DNA of 64,000 nucleotides from positions 50,110-114,109 of the forward strand of contig CAVEMS010000005.1 of assembly GCA_963616935.1 (NCBI GenBank), in the 5' to 3' direction. Under the pieces are notes generated by a model. The model was not told the origin of the DNA and searched no databases. It saw only the letters and a list, made by a program, of their open reading frames with translations. Positions 39,166 through 47,629 of this stretch are shown here, piece after piece; within the stretch, counting starts at the first letter, position 1, and every line of letters starts with the position of its first letter. This DNA is from a bacterium (lineage in GTDB: Bacteria > Bacillota_I > Bacilli_A > RFN20 > CAG-826). The translations under genes were made by a program, and so were the position numbers.

Positions 39166-39891
39166 TTATTCGGCTTTCTTGTCGTCTTTAGCGGCGTTGG
39201 CCGTTTTCATCTCAGCAAGGATTTGCGTGAGTAGCTCAGTCTCAGTCGGGGCTGGAGCGGCTGGAGCGGCGACAACCGGCCTCTCTTCCGGATGCCTCAA
39301 ATAGTATTCTTCTTTCATCCTGTCGTTGAATTCTTGACGCTTCTTGGCACTCCATTGAGCAATTTTAACAATGGTGAATAAGGTCAAAGCGATGATAAGG
39401 AACGAGATAGCGGCATTGATAAGCGTTCCCCAATCGATAACGGCAGAAAGGTTGTAAGTGTAAACTGATCCGTGAAGGGTGTATTTGCTCGTAAGGAACG
39501 TCTTGGCGGATTCAATAAGGTTAGGATTCTCAGTGAGGTAATTTGGATTTTCCGCAATCTGAGTCGCATAGTTCCCTTCCGCAACTTTTGTCGCTAACGA
39601 CTGCAAGTCGCCGGCAGCGAACTTCTGCCCGATGCCGTCAATTCCCCTTTGGGCATCATTAAGCGCAGGAAGAACTGTTACCAATCCTTTTAAGCCTCCA
39701 GGAACTCCCCAGGTGCAAACGCTTAACAAGATGTTGGTGAATGCGGTGACGATTGCGCTGAACGCGCTGCCCATGATGACACCAACGGCCATATCAAGGA
39801 CGTTTCCTTTAGATACGAATTTCTTGAAATCGTTCCAGAGATTCTTACCTCTAGCCTTCTTTGCGGCTTTCTTTTCTTCTTTTGTGCTCAT
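39166..39891 (-). CDS. mscL: Large-conductance mechanosensitive channel with expanded loop and C-terminal tail
   Basis: TM1 region FKKFVSKGNVLDMAVGVIMGSAFSAIV and TM2 region IDWGTLINAAISFLIIALTLFTIVK match MscL. At 241 aa it is well above the usual roughly 130-150. Confidence 0.8.
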   Translation of the reverse strand: MSTKEEKKAAKKARGKNLWNDFKKFVSKGNVLDMAVGVIMGSAFSAIVTAFTNILLSVCTWGVPGGLKGLVTVLPALNDAQRGIDGIGQKFAAGDLQSLATKVAEGNYATQIAENPNYLTENPNLIESAKTFLTSKYTLHGSVYTYNLSAVIDWGTLINAAISFLIIALTLFTIVKIAQWSAKKRQEFNDRMKEEYYLRHPEERPVVAAPAAPAPTETELLTQILAEMKTANAAKDDKKAE

Positions 39892-40516
39892 GTGTTATTA
39901 ATAGCCTCCATTAAAAGCAAAGATAATAATAAACTTTGATATTCTTAGTTCAAGGTAAAACGGAAAAAAATCCAAAGTTGTAAAAAATAAACGAAAACAA
40001 TTTTCCATCGTCAATACATCCCGCAAATCTTTGCTCAAAACCGTGTAAACAACTGAAAAAAGAGGCCCATTGATCATTGAATCTATCTAATCAATGCAAT
40101 TTTGATACATTGTTTCTTGCTTTTTTCACATTTTTTAGAAAAACAGTTCATCTTACATGAAAACTTTATCAAATTTCGGATACCGATAAATTTTATCGAT
40201 ATTTTACAAATTAGCATTCATCGTAATTTAATTAGATTTTTTATACAGTGTATCAAACTTGAATTTTAGTCTATTGACAGGGTTTATAAGCAACCCACTA
40301 GGTATCAAAAAATATGGCTTCAAACGCACTTTTTATGATTTTATGAAAATTTTGTAAAGCGTTTCATTCATTTTCTTTCAATGCTCGGCAAAGCATTTAG
40401 ATTGAAATATCCTTGCGCACATTTTAGATTATTCGAGCGAGGGCGAAAAAAGAAAAAAACAAAGCCTGCGTTAAGGTGTGTTTTTTTAACCCCCTAATTA
40501 AAGAAGAGGAAAGACT

Positions 40517-42901
40517 ATGATTAAGGTCAAGAAAAGAGACGGTTCGATTGTTGAATTTGATTTGATGAAAATCCAAAACGCCATTGAGAAAGCCTTTTTG
40601 GCGGAGCATAAAGCGATCACTAAGGATATGCTAGAAATCCTTTCGCTACGTGTAACGGCGGACTTCAACCGCAAAATCGTCAAAGACGTCGTGGCAGTCG
40701 AAGACATCCAAGACTCCGTCGAAATCGTTTTGATCCAAGCCGGCTATGTCGATGTCGCCCGCAGCTACATGGATTATCGCAAAAAGCATGCAGATCTAAG
40801 GGATATTCGCAAAACGGAGCTAAATTATGCCTCAGTCGTCGACAATTATTTGAAGGTCAACGATTGGCGCGTTAAGGAAAATAGCACCGTCACTTATTCC
40901 GTCGGCGGCTTGATCCTTTCCAATAGCGGAGCCGTCACCGCCAACTATTGGTTAAGCCAAATCTACGACAAGGAAATCGGCGATGCGCACCGTAACGCCG
41001 ATATCCATATTCACGACTTGAGCATGCTCACCGGCTATTGCGCAGGCTGGTCGCTTAAACAGCTTATCCAACAAGGCTTAGGCGGAGTCTCAGGGAAAAT
41101 CACTTCCTCCCCTGCCAAGCACTTAATGACCTTAAGCAACCAAATGGTCAATTTCTTGGGCATCATGCAAAATGAATGGGCGGGCGCACAAGCCTTCTCT
41201 TCCTTTGATACTTATTTGGCGCCATTCGTCAAAGTTGATAACCTCAGCTACAAACAAGTAAAGCAAGCCGTTCAATCCTTCATCTTCGGCGTCAACACCC
41301 CATCGCGTTGGGGAACCCAGGCTCCATTTACGAACATCACCTTGGATTGGACCGTGCCAGAAGACCTTAAGAACCTCCCTGCCATCGTTGGCGGAAAAGA
41401 AATGGATTTCACCTATGGCGATTGCAAGAAAGAGATGGATATGGTGAACCGCGCTTTCATCGAAGTCATGATCGAAGGCGATGCCAACGGCCGTGGATTC
41501 CAATATCCGATCCCAACCTATTCCATCACCAAAGATTTTGATTGGAGCGAAAGCGAAAACAACAAGCTTCTCTTCACGATGACAGCCAAATACGGCACCC
41601 CTTATTTCAGCAACTACATCAATAGCGACATGAAACCGAGCGACGTCCGCTCGATGTGCTGCCGACTCCGCTTGGATCTACGCGAACTCCGCAAAAAGAG
41701 CGGCGGATTCTTCGGAAGTGGCGAAAGCACTGGTTCCATCGGCGTCGTCACGATCAATATGCCTCGCATCGCATATTTATCCACCGACAAGAACGATTTC
41801 TATTCCCGCTTGGATCATATGATGGATATCGCCGCAAGATCCCTCGATATCAAGCGTAAAACCATCACAAAGCTCCTTGAAGCAGGCTTATACCCATACA
41901 CAAAGCACTATCTCGGCGCTTTCTCGAATCACTTCAGCACCATCGGCTTAGTCGGTATGAACGAAGCTTGTTTGAATGCCCGTTGGATCAAAGAGGATCT
42001 AACCCATGAAGAGGCACAAAACTTCACCACCGAAGTCCTTAACCACATGCGTACCCGCCTTAGCGACTACCAAGAAAGATACGGAGATCTCTTTAACCTC
42101 GAAGCCACGCCAGCCGAAAGCACCGCCTTTAGGCTCGCTAAGCACGATAGAGAAAGATATCCGGACATCATCACGGCTGGCGAACCTGGCGAAGTTCCTT
42201 ATTACACGAATAGCTCCCATCTTCCAGTCGGATACACCAATGACATCTTCTCTGCTTTGGACATCGAGGATAAGTTCCAGACGCTATATACGTCGGGAAC
42301 CGTATTCCATGCCTTCTTAGGCCAACGCCTCCCAAATTGGGAAAGCTGCATGAAACTCGTCCGCAAGATCGCTGAGAATTATAAGCTCCCCTACTACACG
42401 ATGAGCCCAACATATTCCATCTGCCGCGAGCACGGATATCTTGCCGGCGAAGTCTGGAAATGCCCGCATTGCGGCAAAGAGACAGAAGTCTATAGCCGTA
42501 TCACCGGATACTATCGCCCAGTCAAGAATTGGAACGATGGCAAACTTCAGGAATTCAAAGACCGCAAGACCTATGATGTTGAGCATACGAATGACGAAGA
42601 GCCGCACGATCATTGCGATTGCCATGAAGAGCATGAAGAAAAGGCGATAGCTCCAAAAATCACCGAAACTCTCCTCTTCACTTCTCCGACTTGCCCGAAT
42701 TGCAAGATGGCGAAGGCAATGCTCGACAAAGCCGGAATCGCCTATAAGAACGTGGATGCGATAGAGAACAAAGACATGACTTTGGCCTATGGCGTGGCCA
42801 AGGCCCCAACCCTCTTGGTTCCTAATGGCGATAGCTACGATGTCTATGAGGACGCCTCTCATATCCGTGGTTATATCCTCGACGTAATGAAAGGAAACTA
42901 A
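40517..42901 (+). CDS. nrdD: Anaerobic (class III) ribonucleoside-triphosphate reductase with N-terminal ATP-cone and C-terminal thioredoxin-fold domain
   Basis: ATP-cone start MIKVKKRDGSIVEFD, a Zn/Cys region ..CREHG..KCPHCG, and the glycyl-radical motif SRITGYYRPV. A further 104 aa follow, including FTSPTCPNCKMAK. Confidence 0.9.
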   Translation: MIKVKKRDGSIVEFDLMKIQNAIEKAFLAEHKAITKDMLEILSLRVTADFNRKIVKDVVAVEDIQDSVEIVLIQAGYVDVARSYMDYRKKHADLRDIRKTELNYASVVDNYLKVNDWRVKENSTVTYSVGGLILSNSGAVTANYWLSQIYDKEIGDAHRNADIHIHDLSMLTGYCAGWSLKQLIQQGLGGVSGKITSSPAKHLMTLSNQMVNFLGIMQNEWAGAQAFSSFDTYLAPFVKVDNLSYKQVKQAVQSFIFGVNTPSRWGTQAPFTNITLDWTVPEDLKNLPAIVGGKEMDFTYGDCKKEMDMVNRAFIEVMIEGDANGRGFQYPIPTYSITKDFDWSESENNKLLFTMTAKYGTPYFSNYINSDMKPSDVRSMCCRLRLDLRELRKKSGGFFGSGESTGSIGVVTINMPRIAYLSTDKNDFYSRLDHMMDIAARSLDIKRKTITKLLEAGLYPYTKHYLGAFSNHFSTIGLVGMNEACLNARWIKEDLTHEEAQNFTTEVLNHMRTRLSDYQERYGDLFNLEATPAESTAFRLAKHDRERYPDIITAGEPGEVPYYTNSSHLPVGYTNDIFSALDIEDKFQTLYTSGTVFHAFLGQRLPNWESCMKLVRKIAENYKLPYYTMSPTYSICREHGYLAGEVWKCPHCGKETEVYSRITGYYRPVKNWNDGKLQEFKDRKTYDVEHTNDEEPHDHCDCHEEHEEKAIAPKITETLLFTSPTCPNCKMAKAMLDKAGIAYKNVDAIENKDMTLAYGVAKAPTLLVPNGDSYDVYEDASHIRGYILDVMKGN

Positions 42902-42906
42902 AAACG

Positions 42907-43818
42907 ATGACCGATATATTGATTATCGGCGGAGGGGCCGCGGCGATGACCGCGGCTCTTTACGCTTCCCGTAGCGGACATAGCGTCACCCTCATCGAAA
43001 GAAGCGCCACCGGTGGCCAAATAGCCGACTCTCCAAAGGTTGAGAATTTTCCAGGAATCCCTAGCATATCCGGCTTCGATTTAGCGGTGAAGATGTTCGA
43101 TCAGATCGTCGAAAAGGGAGTGAATTGCGAAATGGACGAGATCCATTCATTGGAGAAAACTGAAAATGGATTCATAGCAAGAGGCGATTTCGGAGACTAT
43201 GAAGGCAAGTGCGCAATCCTTGCCACAGGAGTCACGCACCGCCACTTGGGAATCGAAGGCGAAGAAAAATACCTTGGCAAAGGTGTAAGTTATTGCGCCG
43301 TGTGCGATGGCCCTTTCTACACCGGCAAAAGAACGATGGTCATAGGCGACGCCAATAGCGCGCTTCAATATGCGTTAATGCTCGCCAAGACATCGACGCA
43401 CGTTGACGTCGTGACTCTCTTCGATCATTTCTTCGCCGATAACGCTTTAGTGGAAGCGCTAAAGAAATTAGATAATGTCACCATTACCCACAACATGAAC
43501 TCCGTCAAATTCTACGGGGATGCAAATCTGAAAGGCGTTTTGTTCAAAGACCAGATAACGGGAGAAGAGAAAGCCATCGAAACCGACGGGTGCTTCGTCG
43601 CCATCGGACAAGTTCCCGATAGCGATCGTTTCTCTTCGCTCGTCGAACTTGAAAAAGGCTTCATCATAACTGATGACGCGATGTGCACGAAAACAGCAGG
43701 TCTCTTCGCGGCCGGGGATTGCCGAAAGAAGAAAATCAGACAGCTAACTACCGCCTGTAACGATGGGGCGATTGCCGCTTTAAGCGCAAGCGCCTACTTG
43801 TCTTCTCAAATATCGTAG
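42907..43818 (+). CDS. Thioredoxin-reductase-like flavoprotein (low-Mr TrxR fold, atypical pyridine-nucleotide site)
   Basis: FAD motif IIGGGAAAMTAALYA and redox-active CAVCDG. The second Rossmann motif reads IGDANSA, and the position of the canonical HRRD.FRA motif reads TLFDHFFAD. Confidence 0.8.
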   Translation: MTDILIIGGGAAAMTAALYASRSGHSVTLIERSATGGQIADSPKVENFPGIPSISGFDLAVKMFDQIVEKGVNCEMDEIHSLEKTENGFIARGDFGDYEGKCAILATGVTHRHLGIEGEEKYLGKGVSYCAVCDGPFYTGKRTMVIGDANSALQYALMLAKTSTHVDVVTLFDHFFADNALVEALKKLDNVTITHNMNSVKFYGDANLKGVLFKDQITGEEKAIETDGCFVAIGQVPDSDRFSSLVELEKGFIITDDAMCTKTAGLFAAGDCRKKKIRQLTTACNDGAIAALSASAYLSSQIS

Positions 43819-44519
43819 CCGCGCAAAGCCACGTATTTGACGTATCTTTCCATTATGGCCTTGGCTTCCAAGGCCTTTTCTTTCGTCAAAGGATGCAGGC
43901 CATGAGCAATGCAATTCTCGCTATCGATATAACGCTGTATGAAATACTTATCGGCTCCTTTTATGGCTTTTCCAATCTCTTCGAAATCCTTGTTTGTGTG
44001 ATATTCGGCGATGCTCGTGGTTCTGAATTCATATCCGATTCCGGATTCCATGAGTATTTTTATCGATGAGGCTATGACATCGAATGATATGGATGACGTT
44101 CCTGCCGTTATCATGTATTTTTGCGGCGAATTCTTGATATCCATCGCCACATAGTCGATTAGTTTCTTGTCGAGCAATTCTTTCAAAACGCCAGGTCTAG
44201 AGCCATTGCTATCAAGTTTGACTTCATATCCCAAGTCTTTTATGTCTCGCAGTTTATCTTCCAAGTCCGGCATCATCGTCGGCTCGCCACCGCTTACGCA
44301 GACGGCATCAATAACGCCCTTTCTTTTTTTGAGATATTCCATGACCTCTGGCCAAGATATCTTCGGCGCCTTGGCAGGTTCAAGAACCAGCGATGAATTA
44401 TGACAAAAAGGGCAACGGAAATCACAGCCAGCCATAAATAACGTGGTGACTATATGATCGTCATAATCTAGCAACGACAGTTTTTCCCAACCCGAAAAAT
44501 CCATATAAAGATTATACAT
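43806..44519 (-). CDS. nrdG: Anaerobic ribonucleotide reductase activating protein (radical SAM)
   Basis: CDFRCPFCHN radical-SAM cluster motif and GGEPT. Convergent with the TrxR-like gene, overlapping it by 13 nt. Confidence 0.88.
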   Translation of the reverse strand: MYNLYMDFSGWEKLSLLDYDDHIVTTLFMAGCDFRCPFCHNSSLVLEPAKAPKISWPEVMEYLKKRKGVIDAVCVSGGEPTMMPDLEDKLRDIKDLGYEVKLDSNGSRPGVLKELLDKKLIDYVAMDIKNSPQKYMITAGTSSISFDVIASSIKILMESGIGYEFRTTSIAEYHTNKDFEEIGKAIKGADKYFIQRYIDSENCIAHGLHPLTKEKALEAKAIMERYVKYVALRGYDI

Positions 44520-44686
44520 TTATTTCTTTTCGGCGGTCGAACACAAACAATCAATCCGCATAGAGCAAGAGCCTTGCATCATAATAAAAACGTTAGCATT
44601 TTTGTATCTGAAAAATGTGTTCGTCAAAAAAAGAACAGCATAAATAACTTTTAATTCGATATTATCTAGATTTTTGATTTTAAAAA

Positions 44687-44800
44687 TGTAATTTTCCAAC
44701 CTAAAAAACAAGCATTTTGTGTAATTTTCCAACCGCAAAAATGGCTATTTTATGTAATTTTCCAACCTAAAAAACAAGCATTTTGTGTAATTTTCCAACC
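44687..44800. repeat. Four direct copies of TGTAATTTTCCAACC at exact 33-bp spacing
   Basis: Copies start at 44687, 44720, 44753 and 44786. Spacers 1 and 3 are identical (TAAAAAACAAGCATTTTG), so the array is also a 66-bp unit repeated about 1.7 times. It lies between the nrdG start and the stop of the upstream gene. Confidence 0.9.
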
Positions 44801-44833
44801 TTGATTTCAGGAGTAAAAATAGCGGAAAGGCCA

Positions 44834-45919
44834 CTAAAGCCTCAATGATTTGTCTTCCCCGACCGCTATAACGTCTTTGAATTCATGTTTGGTTCCGTCT
44901 TCCTCAAGAATGTATCCATTAAGCTTTCCAAACGTCACGAAATATTCTATCTTCGCTATAAGCGCATTCGCCCTATTCGCATAAGTCGACGTTATCTCGT
45001 AATACAAATCAACCATCCCATGTTCATCCGTTATATGCCACACAAGACCCTTTTCTTTTCCATCATGGAATCTTCCGGTTTTCGTAGACTTAACGAAGTT
45101 TACCGGCGGCAAAAGAGACGTTCTTCCCTCTAGCCATATAAGGTTTTCGTTATATTCTTCTGGATTCGTCGATTGGTTCTCCGTCAAGTTGAAAGCGACA
45201 TATCCACCATCCTTATCCTTCCCCATGTAAGTTATCCAATCATAATGGCTGATGTATGGATAATAGGCGCGATGATCGTCGATTATCGCGGTCGAGTTAT
45301 CGTCCAACTCATAACGATTGTCATCTATTTCTATATAGCCGTCCGCTTTAAAGAAGGCTTTTTCAGTCACTAATGGGCGGTTATCTCCGAAAGGAATGCT
45401 TACGTTAGAAGGCAAGGAAAGGGAAGAGAGATGAAAATCATAAGATATGGAATGCTTTTTGCTTTTATGGTGCCCTTTGATATGAGCTTCACCTCTTTCG
45501 AAATGATTGATGAACTCAAGAGAGCATATCGAAGTCTCGCCCCTCGTTATGGCTCCATTAAGCAAATTGGGCGCGATTTGCACGTTTTTTCTCGCCGTTA
45601 TCGTCGATAGATCAAGAGTCTCGTTGCTTTCTTCCAGATAGACGACGTCGAAATCAACTCCGAATAGTCCCATATCGCTTATCCCGGCGACAAGATATCC
45701 GCCAGGGAATCTCACCTCGGCCGCTTCCCATAACGTAAGCCTCATCTTCTTAAGGAAATCTGGCGCCGCAGTAGGCTTTTTGCAATCCAATATATTGAGA
45801 ATCTCGAATTCTTTGTCGAAAGTGCCGAAATTCGCCACCCCTTCCTCGACAACTCGTTTTGGTGTCGGCTTACTCCGCCGCTTCGGCGAAATGAAAGACG
45901 AATAATCGACCTTGTCCAT
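44834..45919 (-). CDS. DUF2804-like protein
   Basis: 361 aa, soluble. The overall layout and the C-terminal ..FGKLNGYI..DG..HEF.DVIAVGEDKSLRL end resemble DUF2804 as I remember it. Not verified. Confidence 0.45.
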   Translation of the reverse strand: MDKVDYSSFISPKRRSKPTPKRVVEEGVANFGTFDKEFEILNILDCKKPTAAPDFLKKMRLTLWEAAEVRFPGGYLVAGISDMGLFGVDFDVVYLEESNETLDLSTITARKNVQIAPNLLNGAITRGETSICSLEFINHFERGEAHIKGHHKSKKHSISYDFHLSSLSLPSNVSIPFGDNRPLVTEKAFFKADGYIEIDDNRYELDDNSTAIIDDHRAYYPYISHYDWITYMGKDKDGGYVAFNLTENQSTNPEEYNENLIWLEGRTSLLPPVNFVKSTKTGRFHDGKEKGLVWHITDEHGMVDLYYEITSTYANRANALIAKIEYFVTFGKLNGYILEEDGTKHEFKDVIAVGEDKSLRL

Positions 45920-46188
45920 AAGATGCCTCTTGTTTCGTTAGTAATAGTTTAATCGATTTCATTCTCGATGCGCAATGTGCCAAGCAAAAAATCATAACAT
46001 TAAGCATTTTTCTCTCGCCATTCTCGATTCTTTTTGGTGCATCGACCAGTTATCTAACTTTTTTATGCTAACTTTTTATAGGTAACTTTAGGACCATTGG
46101 TTTTAAGGCGACGTCAATCATTTAAACATCATCAAAAAAGCTTAAAATCTTTCCCCTTTATCCCCCATTATCCTAAAATATTGTCGTT

Positions 46189-47508
46189 ATGGGATCCCAA
46201 TTATCTTTTTTAAATGCTGCGACCGAACCGCTGGCCGAAAGGCTTAGGCCAAAAACGCTAGATGATTTCGTCGGGCAAAAGCAGCTTGTCGGAGAAGGGA
46301 TGATCCTTAGGAAACTCATCGAAAGCGATCAGATACCATCGATGATTTTTTGGGGGCCGCCAGGCGTTGGCAAAACGACATTGGCGAGAATCATCGCCTT
46401 CCAAACCAAAGCGGAATTCATCACCTATAGCGCAGTCACAAGCGGCATCAAAGAGATAAAGAACGTCATGGAACAAGCGGATAAGAACCGCATCTATGGC
46501 ACTAAGACCATTCTTTTCATAGACGAGATACACCGCTTCAACAAGGCGCAACAAGATGCGTTCTTACCCTATGTTGAAAAGGGAAGCATCATTTTGATTG
46601 GGGCAACGACGGAAAACCCATCGTTTGAGGTTAATAACGCTTTGCTAAGCCGCTGCAAGGTCTTCGTTTTGAAGTCGCTAGACTCTAACGACATAGTGAG
46701 CTTGCTTAAGAGAGCGATTGCCTCGAAAGACGGCTTTGGCGAAGAGAAGATATCAATAGACGATGAATGCCTTTCTCTTATCGCAAATTTCTCAAACGGC
46801 GATGCTAGAAATGCGTTGAATACGTTGGAGATGACGTTACTAAACAGCCCAAAAAAAGATGGCGAAATCATCGTCGATAAATCATTGATTGAACAGGTCA
46901 CGAGCAAGAAATCGCTCTTATACGACAAGAAAGGCGAAGAGCACTACAATCTCATAAGCGCACTTCATAAATCGATGAGGAACAGCGACCCCGATGCCGC
47001 GGTCTATTGGCTCGCCAGAATGCTTGAGGCGGGAGAAGATCCTCTTTACGTGGCGAGAAGAGTCGTCCGCTTCGCCAGCGAAGACGTTGGATTAGCCGAT
47101 CCGAAAGCGCTCCAAGTCGCCGTATCCGCATATGACGCCTGCCACGATATCGGAATGCCAGAATGCTCCGTATGTCTCACTGAAGCGGTCGTCTATATGT
47201 CGATGTCCCCAAAGAGCAATGCGATGGAGGTCGCCTATAACTCCGCAAGGGAAGACGCCATTAAGGAACTCGATCAACCTGTGCCGATGAATATAAGAAA
47301 TGCCCCTACCAAACTGATGAAAGAACTAGGTTATGGCGATGGATACATCTATGCGCACGACACAAAAGAAAAGATGGCAGCCATGCAATGCCTTCCGGAT
47401 AACCTCAAAGATAAATGCTACTACCAACCAACCGAGCAAGGATTGGAAGCCAAATACAAGGCAAGATTAAAAGAAATCAAAGATTGGAAGAGCAAAAATA
47501 AAAAATAA
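46189..47508 (+). CDS. rarA: Replication-associated recombination protein A (MgsA/RarA AAA+ ATPase)
   Basis: LAERLRP..LDDFVGQ, Walker A GPPGVGKTTLA, Walker B LFIDEIHRFNK, and a C-terminal MgsA domain (YLARML.AGEDP.Y..RR). Confidence 0.9.
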   Translation: MGSQLSFLNAATEPLAERLRPKTLDDFVGQKQLVGEGMILRKLIESDQIPSMIFWGPPGVGKTTLARIIAFQTKAEFITYSAVTSGIKEIKNVMEQADKNRIYGTKTILFIDEIHRFNKAQQDAFLPYVEKGSIILIGATTENPSFEVNNALLSRCKVFVLKSLDSNDIVSLLKRAIASKDGFGEEKISIDDECLSLIANFSNGDARNALNTLEMTLLNSPKKDGEIIVDKSLIEQVTSKKSLLYDKKGEEHYNLISALHKSMRNSDPDAAVYWLARMLEAGEDPLYVARRVVRFASEDVGLADPKALQVAVSAYDACHDIGMPECSVCLTEAVVYMSMSPKSNAMEVAYNSAREDAIKELDQPVPMNIRNAPTKLMKELGYGDGYIYAHDTKEKMAAMQCLPDNLKDKCYYQPTEQGLEAKYKARLKEIKDWKSKNKK

Positions 47509-47629
47509 TCTATCATCCCTCAAAAGAAAGAAGATATTTTGAATCTACGTAACGCGAACCGCATTCAGTAATAACGACCTTAAGAGTATTGGCTTTCCCC
47601 CTACCAAATAGATTAGAATATAGCCCGTT

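Noticed and set aside
40274-40302. TTGACA hexamer about 240 nt upstream of nrdD as a promoter -35.
   Set aside because: No acceptable -10 hexamer lies at 16-19 nt spacing; the candidates are ACTAGG, CTAGGT and TAGGTA. I did not call a promoter.
43806-43818. 13-nt convergent overlap of the 3' ends of the TrxR-like gene and nrdG, as a possible antisense regulatory feature.
   Set aside because: Short convergent overlaps are common in compact genomes, and no additional structure supports a specific mechanism.
44520-44738. 72-aa minus-strand ORF covering part of the repeat array; its translation repeats RLENY.
   Set aside because: The internal peptide repeat simply mirrors the DNA repeats. There is no RBS, and the region is better explained as non-coding regulatory DNA upstream of nrdG.
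44687-44800. Possible CRISPR array.
   Set aside because: The repeats are only 15 bp and the spacers 18 bp. Two spacers are identical, there are only four copies, and no cas genes are in the window.
44687-44800. Possible NrdR boxes upstream of nrdG. Phasing of about 31-33 bp is reminiscent of tandem NrdR sites.
   Set aside because: NrdR boxes are 16-bp palindromes of the ACAC...GTGT type. The repeated unit here is a direct, non-palindromic 15-mer. Only the GTGT half of ACAAGCATTTTGTGT fits, which I scored at about 10/16 by eye.
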